Assembly: GCA_030756715.1 (NCBI GenBank)
Contig: JAVBJD010000001.1
Location: forward strand, 5,578-69,577
Source of the DNA: Conexivisphaerales archaeon
GTDB taxonomy: Archaea > Thermoproteota > Nitrososphaeria > Conexivisphaerales > UBA164
Direction: 5' to 3'
Length of the DNA stretch: 64,000 nt
Part shown: positions 18,506 through 28,316 of the stretch, piece by piece
Layout: every line of letters begins with the position of its first letter
How positions within the stretch are numbered: position 1 is the first letter of the stretch
Program-made: the position numbers and the translations under genes
The notes under the pieces: model-generated
Told to the model about the DNA's origin: nothing
The model's input: only the letters and a program-made list of their open reading frames with translations
The model's database searches: none

Positions 18506-20259
18506 TTAGCTATCACCTTAGGAGCGCTGCCGTTCTGACTCTTCTGAACTATTATGAAATTTATATCAGGAGCATAAAAGCTAGGGAAGTTTGGAGTTAT
18601 TATTAGGTACTGTGTTTCGCTGCCTTGAGATACATCATATATAGCTTTGATAAACTTCTCCCTTATGATTGGATCCATGTGGACGTCAAACTCGTCCAAT
18701 GCCCTGAAAGGAGAAACTATGTACATCTGTACAGCTAACAGGAATGCTGTTACTGCCGCGCTCAGCTCTCCGCCGCTCTGAGAAAAACTGTCAAGCGGTA
18801 TTAGGTCTGTGCCAACGAAGCTTGCATAAAGCCTAAGACCGGCGTTCTCTGGATCGTTTTCGTTAATCAGTATGACCTTTCCGCTGGCATTTATCCTTGC
18901 CATTATCTCGTTATACTTTTCATTTATCTCAGAAATGGTCTTCCTTATAACTTCTTTCCACTCTTCAGATCTGCTTTCTATCTCTTTCATGGTTTTTTCC
19001 TTGTTCTTCCTTACTTCATCCAGCTTTTCCTTGTATTCATCCACTTTAGCCTTGAACTCTAGGTACACTTTTTCTGCTTCTTGATTTACATCTCCAAGAA
19101 CTTTCAGCTGAGCGTTGATCGTCCTTATTTCATCTTCTATTTCAGAGATCGTCCTGACGTTTGCAGGCCTTTGACCTGTAACCTTTTTAATAGCTTCGTT
19201 CAGCTCGTTTTTTAAGGATTCAAGATCCCTGTTTAATTCTTTAAGGCTTGAATTTAAAGAGTCTATCCTGTATTCCCCTACTTTAACTTTAGAGTATTCG
19301 GCTAACATTTTTTCAAGAAGCGAATTAATTTCGTTTAACGAATCATAAATCGCTGTAACAGACTTTTCATCGCCTTTATAGGCTTTAGCTGCACTCTCCT
19401 TTATTATTTGAACTAGAGTATTGTACCTGTTTTTATCGGATTCAAAATCTGAAAGCAGTTCTCTGTTTCTTGCTGTCTGAGTTGAAATTTCTTCGTTTAT
19501 CTTGTTTATTTTTTCATTTGTGCTGTTTATTGACTTTTCCAGCTTCAAAACTTCAGCCCATGCATATTCTGCGTTTAGCTCCTCTAGCCTCTGTTTAAGC
19601 TGACGACTCATGACCAACCTGTCGTATTCTTCGCGCCACTTTTCCAGAGAATCCATCGCTTTACCTATGAGATCTTGGTATTGATTTTCTTCAGCTATTA
19701 TATTCTTTAATCTGTTTTTGGCGTCAAGTAGGTTTTCTCTTATATTAGCTATACCTAGAGCTTCTTCAACCATTTTTAGCTTGTCCTCAGGCTTAATCAT
19801 GATAAATTCGTCAACCATGCCCTGTGGCATTATTATCAGAAGGTTATTGGGATCTATACCTACTTTCTTTAAAAGATCAAGGACCTGCTGCCTAGATGCT
19901 TCTTTATAATCTATCTCAAACCAGTAAGAGCCGTCTTTTCTTAAATACCTTGAAAGCATTATTTCGTCTTTATTATAAGCCGGAAAGGGCCTTTTGCCAT
20001 TTTCTTTTGAATTGTTTATAACTAAAGAAACCCTGCCAATATCTTCTCCTCTTCGAACTAAATCTGCCAGTTTCCTGCTTCTTTCAGTAGAAAGCTGGCC
20101 CATAGCTAAAGACATACCGAGAAGAATGGCGCTTTTGCCAGCGCCATTAGGGCCAGTTATAAAATTAAACCCAGGTTTTAATGTTATCCTTCCATACTTA
20201 TAACTCATAAAGTTTTCAAGAATCACTTCTTTTATTATAGCTTTGCTCAACCCAAACAA
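18502..20259 (-). CDS. Short SMC-like ATPase (Smc5/6-like head motifs, no hinge, no Cys)
   Basis: ILENFMSY...GPNGAGKSAIL (Walker A). IIMPQGMVDEFIMIKPEDKLKMVEEALGI (SMC Q-loop region). About 300 aa of heptad-rich K/E/L sequence. QSGGELS signature and PFRALDEFDVHMD (Walker B/D-loop). Confidence 0.8.
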   Translation of the reverse strand: MFGLSKAIIKEVILENFMSYKYGRITLKPGFNFITGPNGAGKSAILLGMSLAMGQLSTERSRKLADLVRRGEDIGRVSLVINNSKENGKRPFPAYNKDEIMLSRYLRKDGSYWFEIDYKEASRQQVLDLLKKVGIDPNNLLIIMPQGMVDEFIMIKPEDKLKMVEEALGIANIRENLLDAKNRLKNIIAEENQYQDLIGKAMDSLEKWREEYDRLVMSRQLKQRLEELNAEYAWAEVLKLEKSINSTNEKINKINEEISTQTARNRELLSDFESDKNRYNTLVQIIKESAAKAYKGDEKSVTAIYDSLNEINSLLEKMLAEYSKVKVGEYRIDSLNSSLKELNRDLESLKNELNEAIKKVTGQRPANVRTISEIEDEIRTINAQLKVLGDVNQEAEKVYLEFKAKVDEYKEKLDEVRKNKEKTMKEIESRSEEWKEVIRKTISEINEKYNEIMARINASGKVILINENDPENAGLRLYASFVGTDLIPLDSFSQSGGELSAAVTAFLLAVQMYIVSPFRALDEFDVHMDPIIREKFIKAIYDVSQGSETQYLIITPNFPSFYAPDINFIIVQKSQNGSAPKVIAK

Positions 20260-20433
20260 AATATAATTAATTTAATATAGCTTTATCTGAATTTGTTGAA
20301 ATAATCTAACAAATAATTAAATTTCGTAGATAAAATTTTAACTCATTAAAAGTTCATAAAGTTCAGGTTCTAGCTTGGTAATTGTAAGTTTGAAGCACTA
20401 TTTATAAGCAGCAAATCGAATATTTTTTATTCA

Positions 20434-21108
20434 ATGAGCAAAGATCCTGAAGAAGAAAAGCTTGAACGATTGTTAAAGGATGGTCTGGATTCTCTGTGGA
20501 AGAAGGAAAAATCAGAGCATCAAACAACAAAAGGCATTTACTATCCTTCATACGTAGGTTCTTGCCTGAGAAAACAATTTTATATTTATACAGCTGGAGA
20601 ATCTGTAACCTCTGAAGAACTTGTGATATTTATGACCGGAAAAGGCGTTCATGAACTCGTGGTTAAAGCGTTTGGAGAAAAAGTGAGGATAGAGAGCGTA
20701 GAAGAAAAGATAAACCTAGAATTTACAGATAAAATTAAGCTGAGCGGGAGGATAGATATTATAATCGCCGATATAGAAGGTAAAAAATACCTAATAGAGG
20801 TAAAAAGCGCAAGCAAAACACCTGATAGTCCGTATGAAAGCCATGTGCTGCAGTTACATGCTTACATGCAGGCTTTGAAATTTGATGAAGGGTATCTCCT
20901 TTATTGGAATAAAAGGGATGGGGGAATCAGGGTTTTTAAAGTAATAAAAAACGATGAAATGATGAGAAAACTCTACGAAAGAGTAGCAATGCTTGATTAT
21001 TATATATCAATAAACTCGCCACCGCCCCCAGAATCTTATCAAGAAGGAAAAACATGGGAATGCAGAAAATGCCCGTACCTTAACTTGTGTAATCCTGGCC
21101 CTCTTTGA
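20434..21108 (+). CDS. Cas4-like PD-(D/E)xK nuclease with a four-Cys cluster (stand-alone, no CRISPR nearby)
   Basis: N-terminal Cys (YVGSCLRKQFY), nuclease core RIDIIIADIEGKKYLIEVKSAS, QLHAYM, and a C-terminal CRKCPYLNLC. Confidence 0.75.
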   Translation: MSKDPEEEKLERLLKDGLDSLWKKEKSEHQTTKGIYYPSYVGSCLRKQFYIYTAGESVTSEELVIFMTGKGVHELVVKAFGEKVRIESVEEKINLEFTDKIKLSGRIDIIIADIEGKKYLIEVKSASKTPDSPYESHVLQLHAYMQALKFDEGYLLYWNKRDGGIRVFKVIKNDEMMRKLYERVAMLDYYISINSPPPPESYQEGKTWECRKCPYLNLCNPGPL

Positions 21109-21602
21109 TTTGTTTAATTATAAAAGCTTATTAGACGTCTTCATGTAAATTATTAGAGCGTTGATAAAAGTTGGAGAATATGAAATACGCGAAGCAAATG
21201 AAGACAATATATGGGAAGCAGTTAAAATAAACGAAAAGACGCTGCCAGAACACTACACTTTTGAGTTTTACCTAGAAGTTTATAGAAATTTTCCAGAAGG
21301 CTTCCTTATAGCTTGGCTTGACGGGAATGCAGTAGGATACATAATGAATAGGATAGAAAGGGGGCTTTCGCATTTTGGCTTTTCAATAGTAAAGCAAGGA
21401 CACGTGGTCTCAATAGCTGTTTTGCCTGAACACAGGAGAAAAGGTCTAGGGACGGCTTTGCTCCAAACTGCTATCGAAAGGATGAAGAACAGAGGGTGTC
21501 AAGAAGTCTACCTTGAAGTTAGAGTTACAAACGAAGAAGCTATACGAGTATATGAAAAGCTTAACTTTGTAAAGGTAAGAACTATTGAATATTACTATAG
21601 TG

Positions 21603-22195
<593 letters not shown>

Positions 22196-22462
22196 CTTTG
22201 AACTTTTGTTAAAGATTAAACAGAATTATACGTTCATAATGAAGATTATTGCTAGCTCATTTACAAAGCAGCTTTTACATGCAGAACACATTCCAGACAC
22301 TAATGGCTCAAGTTAACCAAGATCGCACATAGTTTTATAAAACTGAAAGCGATGAAGCAATGAGGTAGTTTCAAGGAATATTGAATAAAAATCCGACTGT
22401 TCGTTGTTAAAATTATGTAATAGCTTTTAAATTAGGTTTATAATATTTAAACTATAGAGATA

Positions 22463-23425
22463 ATGGAAGATATAGAATCGGTCGTTAAAAAATATTTTAG
22501 CGTAGAAGATGTATTCCATACTGAGAATGGTTATGAGTTTGAGATAAAAAGTTATGATCCTTCTTTTTTAAAAAACAGTTTTATAAATCTATACAGCGAT
22601 ATGAAAAGTACTGAATATTTACCCAAGCTTATAAAGCTGGGTAGTAAATACATACTAAAGGTTACAAGAAGAATAGAGAAGTCTCCCAAACACAACATCT
22701 ATCAAATACTTTTGCTTTTAGCCTCTTTGGGAACAATACTATTAGATGGATACTATAAGTTGGGCAGCTACAGCGAATTTATGATAGCTTATGAAGCTCC
22801 TATTCTAGCCATGCTGCTTCTTCACGAAGCTTCTAAATACATAATATCTTATTTGAAAAAGGCAGAATACATGACTTCGTATGCTATTCCTGGAATTCCA
22901 GGAATTATTCCGTTGATGGGTTTTATAAATACAAAATCAGATGCTACAGTAAACAGGGATGCCCTATTCGATGGAGCTTTTTACCCTTACATCGTAGCGC
23001 TTTTTGGTGTCCTAGCCTTTCTGATTTTTAGCCTTAAGGTTAACGTAAACATACAGAAACCGTTAACAGAACCTTTTTTAAGCCAGCTCTTTCGGGGTTA
23101 TTTTAATAGCAATAACCTTTTCTTGGAAGGTTCAGCAGTCGGAATAACGATATTGTTCGTTAATTTCCTTCCGGCAACAAGCCTAGATGGCGGACTTCTG
23201 ATATCAAGCTTGGAAAAAAGCTCTTTAGCCTTAGATCTTTTAAGCATAATAATAATGAGTTTTTTAGGCTACTTTGTGTTAGCCCTAGCTGTAATTTTTG
23301 TACAAAACATCCACAAAACTGAACCGCTCGATTCTGTGTCCCCGCTATCAAAAGGAAGAAAAATTGTATACATAACATCATTTATAATAATCATTGCGTT
23401 ATTTGCAGTTTTTGGAACTGTATGA
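22463..23425 (+). CDS. M50 (site-2 protease)-like membrane protein with a degenerate zinc motif
   Basis: NFLPATSLDGG matches the M50 NxxPxxxLDG motif. The expected HExxH reads HEASK (22823-22837). Confidence 0.6.
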   Translation: MEDIESVVKKYFSVEDVFHTENGYEFEIKSYDPSFLKNSFINLYSDMKSTEYLPKLIKLGSKYILKVTRRIEKSPKHNIYQILLLLASLGTILLDGYYKLGSYSEFMIAYEAPILAMLLLHEASKYIISYLKKAEYMTSYAIPGIPGIIPLMGFINTKSDATVNRDALFDGAFYPYIVALFGVLAFLIFSLKVNVNIQKPLTEPFLSQLFRGYFNSNNLFLEGSAVGITILFVNFLPATSLDGGLLISSLEKSSLALDLLSIIIMSFLGYFVLALAVIFVQNIHKTEPLDSVSPLSKGRKIVYITSFIIIIALFAVFGTV

Positions 23426-23478
23426 TTTTTAAAAATTAAAAACCAGGTAATAAAAACCCAAAAGGGGCTTTTTCAGTT

Positions 23479-24723
23479 CTATAGGTTGTTGATATAAGAT
23501 TTTGACCTGTTTATCAGGTTCTTGTTTATTGCGTTAATGTATAACTGCTTGTTCTCTTCATTAAGCTTGTCCCAGTAGACGCGTGGCCATATTGCGTCTG
23601 CGTGCGCTTTAACTACATCCTGATTTCTCAGCAGGTCATTAAATATAACTTCCATAACTTTATCCATCGAATATTTTGGCTTGAACCCTAGCCTCTTTAA
23701 TGTTTTGTGAGAGACAGAATATTTGTGTCTCTGTTTTTCAACTCTTGGATCCGGTATTCTTACATATTCTGGGTCAAACCCGTATTTGTTAACGATTTTC
23801 TTGACCCTTCTTGCCAGCTCAAGAGTGTTGTGTATTTCTTCCATCTGATTAACAACGCGGTATTCTCCCTCGTCTGCTGGTTTTTGACCAAGGAGAAAGA
23901 GGCAATCGATGCTGTCTTGAAGAGAAAGGAAACTGCGCTTCATTAGTCCAGTGCCGTAAATTAGCATTTTGTTAAAAGCTATGACCTGTGCAAAGTATTT
24001 GTTTATTACTGTGCCCCATACTCCGTCAAAGTCAAGTCTGGTGTTTAACTCATCATTAAATAGATCATCTGTCCTGCTTCCGTATACAACTCCCTGTTGT
24101 ACATCTGTTGCCCTGATTCCCCATATTTTGTTTGCAAAAATTATGTTATAAGTATCAAAGACCTTGCTTATGTGGTACCAAGACCCAGGATCTCTCGGTA
24201 TCATGATTCTGTATTTTTTCCCTCCGTACTTGACGTTCATCCAACCCTCTTCTATCTTGTATCTTGGAGTTCCGTATTCTCCCATGGTGCCCATCTTTAT
24301 TATGTGTGTTTTTGGGGAGTGTTTTTTTACTGCAAAGATGAGGTTGAGGTTTGTCAAAGTGTTGTTTACTTCAGTGTATGCCGCATGATCCACGTCTATC
24401 ATAGAATATGGGGCGCTTCTTTGTTGTGCAAGATGATAAACCGTGTGTGGCTTGTATTTTTCTATGAGTTTATCTACAAATTCGGAATCGGTAAGATCGC
24501 CCACTATGATTTTTAGGTTGTTCTTGCCGTAAGCTTTTTCATAAGCTTTGACCCTTTCTTCAGGACCGCCTATTGGTAAAGCGCTCGTTCCGCCAACCTC
24601 TTCTACTAGCTTTCGAGTTATCAGGTTGTCAACCCCTATTATTTCTTCGTCCAGTTCTTTGGCAAGCCTTACGGATAGAGGCCATCCTATGTATCCGTCT
24701 GCACCAAAAACCATTACAGTCAT
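23479..24723 (-). CDS. UDP-sulfoquinovose synthase-like NAD-dependent sugar epimerase/dehydratase (SQD1/Agl3-like)
   Basis: N-terminal VFGADGYIGWPL Rossmann motif as in SQD1 (GxDGYxGW). Extended SDR length of 414 aa. Confidence 0.6.
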   Translation of the reverse strand: MTVMVFGADGYIGWPLSVRLAKELDEEIIGVDNLITRKLVEEVGGTSALPIGGPEERVKAYEKAYGKNNLKIIVGDLTDSEFVDKLIEKYKPHTVYHLAQQRSAPYSMIDVDHAAYTEVNNTLTNLNLIFAVKKHSPKTHIIKMGTMGEYGTPRYKIEEGWMNVKYGGKKYRIMIPRDPGSWYHISKVFDTYNIIFANKIWGIRATDVQQGVVYGSRTDDLFNDELNTRLDFDGVWGTVINKYFAQVIAFNKMLIYGTGLMKRSFLSLQDSIDCLFLLGQKPADEGEYRVVNQMEEIHNTLELARRVKKIVNKYGFDPEYVRIPDPRVEKQRHKYSVSHKTLKRLGFKPKYSMDKVMEVIFNDLLRNQDVVKAHADAIWPRVYWDKLNEENKQLYINAINKNLINRSKSYINNL

Positions 24724-24860
24724 TTTATGACTATCAATTACATTTGTAGTTTATAAACTTTATCGGAGTTATATTGGCTGATTTAGCCTATTGTTGAATT
24801 TTAAAAAATTATAAAAATCATACAGTAAAGCTATATAAAATAAAATTAATAACATTAAGT

Positions 24861-25742
24861 ATGAAAGTCGGTTTTATCGGACTGGGAATCATGGGTTCTT
24901 CGATGGCATATAATGTATTTAAAGGCGGTTACGATCTTATAGTTTATAACAGAACAGAATCTAAGACAAAAATTTTCAGGGAGGCTGGCGTGCCAGTTGC
25001 AAAAACACCTAAGGAAGTTGCCGAAAAAAGCGACGTTGTTATTCTCATGGTAACCGATGCACCAGATGTGGAAAACGTTTTGTTCGCAAAAAATGGAGTT
25101 GCAGAAGGTGCTCACGAAGGACTGATTGTAGTTGATATGAGCACAAATTCTCCCGAATTCGCTGAAAAGTTTGCAAACGTGCTTGCTAAGCTTAAAGTCG
25201 AGTTTCTTGACGCTCCAGTTACCGGCGGAGATGTTGGGGCCAGAGAAGGCAGGCTCACTATAATGGTTGGAGGTAAGAAGGAAATGTTTGAGAAAGTTAA
25301 GCCGATTTTTGAAACTATGGGTAAAATGATAATTTATGCCGGCCCAGTTGGTTCTGGACAGAAAATGAAGCTCGTTAATCAGATAGCAGTCGCGCTTTCT
25401 GATCTTGCAATGATAGAAGCTATAGAGCTTGCTAAATTTTTCAACCTTGACATTGAGCAGGTTTACAAAGTCCTTAGCACGGGTGGGGCTAGGTCTTTTA
25501 CGATAGAATCATACATGCCTAGGCTCATAAAAGGCGACCTAGAGCCCGGTTTCAAACTTTCTCATTTAAGAAAAGATATTGGGTATGCGCTTGAAGAGGC
25601 AAAAAAGAAAAAGATACCTTTATTCGCAACATCTCTGACATATCAGATGCTTGTTTCTACAGAAAACCTCGGTTATGGTGAAAAAGGAATACAGGCTTTG
25701 ATAAAGCTGTATGAAACGCTCTCCAAAACACAGCAGGTTTAA
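24861..25742 (+). CDS. 3-hydroxyisobutyrate / 2-hydroxy-3-oxopropionate dehydrogenase family oxidoreductase
   Basis: MKVGFIGLGIMGSSMA NAD-binding motif and DAPVTGG. Confidence 0.85.
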   Translation: MKVGFIGLGIMGSSMAYNVFKGGYDLIVYNRTESKTKIFREAGVPVAKTPKEVAEKSDVVILMVTDAPDVENVLFAKNGVAEGAHEGLIVVDMSTNSPEFAEKFANVLAKLKVEFLDAPVTGGDVGAREGRLTIMVGGKKEMFEKVKPIFETMGKMIIYAGPVGSGQKMKLVNQIAVALSDLAMIEAIELAKFFNLDIEQVYKVLSTGGARSFTIESYMPRLIKGDLEPGFKLSHLRKDIGYALEEAKKKKIPLFATSLTYQMLVSTENLGYGEKGIQALIKLYETLSKTQQV

Positions 25743-26374
25743 TCAAGGTTTATATATTTAAATAGTTGTGTTAGGTTTTTTATTTTATATTCTTTTTCAT
25801 TAACAACTGCGTCGTCGTTTTCATCCAATAAAAAGCCGTACGCGGTTGCTTTGAACATGCTTTCATCATATACTGTGTCTCCTACAGATATTGCGTTTTC
25901 AGCTTTAATACCCATTTCTTTTAGATATCTTTCTATCAATCTGTATTTATGAAGAGGTTCAACGTCTATAAATGCGTCCTTTATGAGCCCTTTTTTATCA
26001 TATACAAATCTGTTGGCATATATTTGATCAAACTTGAGCTCTCTACCAACACGATCTGCAAACTCATAGAGCCCAGCTGTAACCATAACTAACTTGACTC
26101 CATGTTTTTTAAGCCTGCTTGAGGCAAGAAGTGCGTCATCTTTTATAGTTATCTTTTTCGTAAGTTGCTCTATCATGTCTTTGCTTACATCTCTACCGTT
26201 TCTCCTCCAGTACTCAACATCGAGCTCCACAAGTTTCTTGTAAGATATTTTACCATCAAGATATTCTTTAAGGTATGGAGACGTATCAAGCCCAACGCTT
26301 TTGTATATGAGATCCCATGAATTTTCTTTTATCAGGGTTCCATCCATATCAAAAAAAGCTACCTTTATTTCCAA
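25739..26374 (-). CDS. HAD-superfamily phosphatase (phosphoserine phosphatase-like)
   Basis: AFFDMDGTL motif I and a C-terminal GDTVYD motif. Confidence 0.75.
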   Translation of the reverse strand: MEIKVAFFDMDGTLIKENSWDLIYKSVGLDTSPYLKEYLDGKISYKKLVELDVEYWRRNGRDVSKDMIEQLTKKITIKDDALLASSRLKKHGVKLVMVTAGLYEFADRVGRELKFDQIYANRFVYDKKGLIKDAFIDVEPLHKYRLIERYLKEMGIKAENAISVGDTVYDESMFKATAYGFLLDENDDAVVNEKEYKIKNLTQLFKYINLD

Positions 26375-26412
26375 ATCCTTATATTAAGTGTTCGTTGTTA
26401 ATTAATACTTTT

Positions 26413-27471
26413 CTAGCGATTTTTGCATAGTTCCTTTATAGATTCCTCTAAAACTTTTATTGCAGTTAAATACTCGCTTACAGAAATCCTTTCCTGATCG
26501 GTGTGTGAGAGCTTTGAATCCCCCGGCCCATACGCAATTATAGGAACTTCATAATATGACCTTAAAACGTTTCCGTCGCAGGTTCCAAGCTTTTTTACAA
26601 ATCCGGCTTTAACGCTAAGAACCTTATATATTCCTCTAAAAAATGCACGGGGCAGTTCATTCGAAGGAGGAGTGCTGAAAGGTTCTAGCCTGTCTTCTAT
26701 TTGATGATTGTTGTTAAATAAAATTTTTTCAAGGTCAAACGTGTTGTATTTTGGGGGGACCCTTATGTCTATATAAGCGAATGCGTCCGCTGGGGTTTTG
26801 TTTGTTGAATCGCCACAGCCACATTTAACAACCTGTGCGGTAACAGCGTCAAAATACGAAGTAACGTTAGCGTTCAGCCCCCTGACTTTATTTTGAACTT
26901 CGTTTATTTTTTCTATCATTAACTCAAAAGCTGTTTTTTCTTCAACAGGTGAAGAAGAATGGTACGGATTTGCTTTAAAGTTCAGCTTTGCCAGCAACCT
27001 GCCTTTATAGCTTACAGCTACGTTACTTACACCCGTTGGTTCACCGAATATTGCGTAATCTGGCTTTTCTTCATGTTTGAGTACTTCGTTCATGCCTTCG
27101 CTCAAACGCTCTTCATCTGTAACTGCTATGAATTTTATTCCACAAGGGACATTCATGAGATTTATTGACGCATGAAGTAACGCTGAAAGAGAAGATTTTG
27201 CATCAACAGCACCCCTACCGTATATGTTATTTCCATCGTAAAATACCGGAAGCTCACCCGGTACGGTATCCATATGGCCTATCAAGTAAACTTTCGGTGA
27301 ACCGTCCTTTACTTTAAGTATTACGTTGTTTGCTTTATCCTGTAATACATCTTTAAATCCAATCGATTTTATATAGTTATATATGAAGTTTGAAACTTTA
27401 GATTCTTCAGTAGAAGGAGAATAAATCTTTAAACTCTCGATAAGAAAATTTAATGGATCTGGTGCACTCAC
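26413..27471 (-). CDS. lysK: M20 deacylase, [LysW]-lysine/ornithine hydrolase (LysK/ArgE type)
   Basis: GHMDTVP and GRGAVDAK M20 motifs. Last gene of the LysW cluster, with a 4 nt overlap with the ligase gene. Confidence 0.75.
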   Translation of the reverse strand: MSAPDPLNFLIESLKIYSPSTEESKVSNFIYNYIKSIGFKDVLQDKANNVILKVKDGSPKVYLIGHMDTVPGELPVFYDGNNIYGRGAVDAKSSLSALLHASINLMNVPCGIKFIAVTDEERLSEGMNEVLKHEEKPDYAIFGEPTGVSNVAVSYKGRLLAKLNFKANPYHSSSPVEEKTAFELMIEKINEVQNKVRGLNANVTSYFDAVTAQVVKCGCGDSTNKTPADAFAYIDIRVPPKYNTFDLEKILFNNNHQIEDRLEPFSTPPSNELPRAFFRGIYKVLSVKAGFVKKLGTCDGNVLRSYYEVPIIAYGPGDSKLSHTDQERISVSEYLTAIKVLEESIKELCKNR

Positions 27472-28316
27472 CTTTTAGTTACCTCTACAGCAAATTCGAC
27501 AATTTTGTCCGGTATGTCTACCCCTGTGACAGAAACCGAGTTCTTAAACTCAACAGTTCCGTTTACTTCATGTACAACTATGCCTTTTTCCGTTTCCATC
27601 ATGTCTACACCGTAAACGCCGCTCCCTATAGCTCTTGCAGCTTTTAGCGCAAGGTCCTCTATTTCTTTAGTTACGGGACAGTTTTCGGCCTTTCCGCCTA
27701 AAGCTGTATTTGTTCTGAAATCACCCGAGGGTTGATTTCTGTAAATCGCCGCAATTACTTGGTCACCAACCACAAAAGCCCTTATATCTCTGGGGGGCCT
27801 GTTCACATATTCCTGTAAGTAATAGACCTGATATATAGGTTCCATATATTCGCGTTCTTCGAATACAGCTTTTGCTGAATAATAACTGTCAAGAAGGGCG
27901 ACCATCCTGCCCCAAGATCCTACTACGGGCTTTATAACGGCCTTACCTCCAAGCTCTTTAAAAGCTTCGATAGCTTTTTCTGGAGAAAACGCAACAATGG
28001 TTCTTGGCGTTGGCACATTGTTTTCTTTCAGTTTAACTGTAGTAAAAAGTTTGTTACCTGTTATCATAAGGATCTGCGAACTGTTTATTACCTTTACCCC
28101 CAAGCTTTCTATTATTGTTGTGCTGTGAAGCCCTTTATAGTAGCTCGTGGTTCTCTGCAGTGCCACGTCTCCAAACTTGCTGTCATAATCTCTGGTTATA
28201 TCGAAATGTTCGTCTTTTATATCTATCAAATTAACCTCAAGTCCTCTTTTCAAAGAGGCCTGGTAAAGCGCTTTTTCTTCCCATCTTACTAGATCGTGAA
28301 GTATTGTTATCTTCAT
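27468..28316 (-). CDS. RimK-type ATP-grasp ligase, LysX/ArgX family (copy 1)
   Basis: ILHDLVRWEEK, KPVVGSWGR and PRDIRAFVVG motifs of LysX/ArgX. Confidence 0.8.
   Translation of the reverse strand: MKITILHDLVRWEEKALYQASLKRGLEVNLIDIKDEHFDITRDYDSKFGDVALQRTTSYYKGLHSTTIIESLGVKVINSSQILMITGNKLFTTVKLKENNVPTPRTIVAFSPEKAIEAFKELGGKAVIKPVVGSWGRMVALLDSYYSAKAVFEEREYMEPIYQVYYLQEYVNRPPRDIRAFVVGDQVIAAIYRNQPSGDFRTNTALGGKAENCPVTKEIEDLALKAARAIGSGVYGVDMMETEKGIVVHEVNGTVEFKNSVSVTGVDIPDKIVEFAVEVTKR

Noticed and set aside
22196-22462. Possible integration scar or att repeat downstream of tRNA-Arg; the same check was done near the other three tRNAs
   Set aside because: I found no duplicated tRNA 3' segment, integrase, transposase or foreign-looking gene block next to any of the tRNAs.
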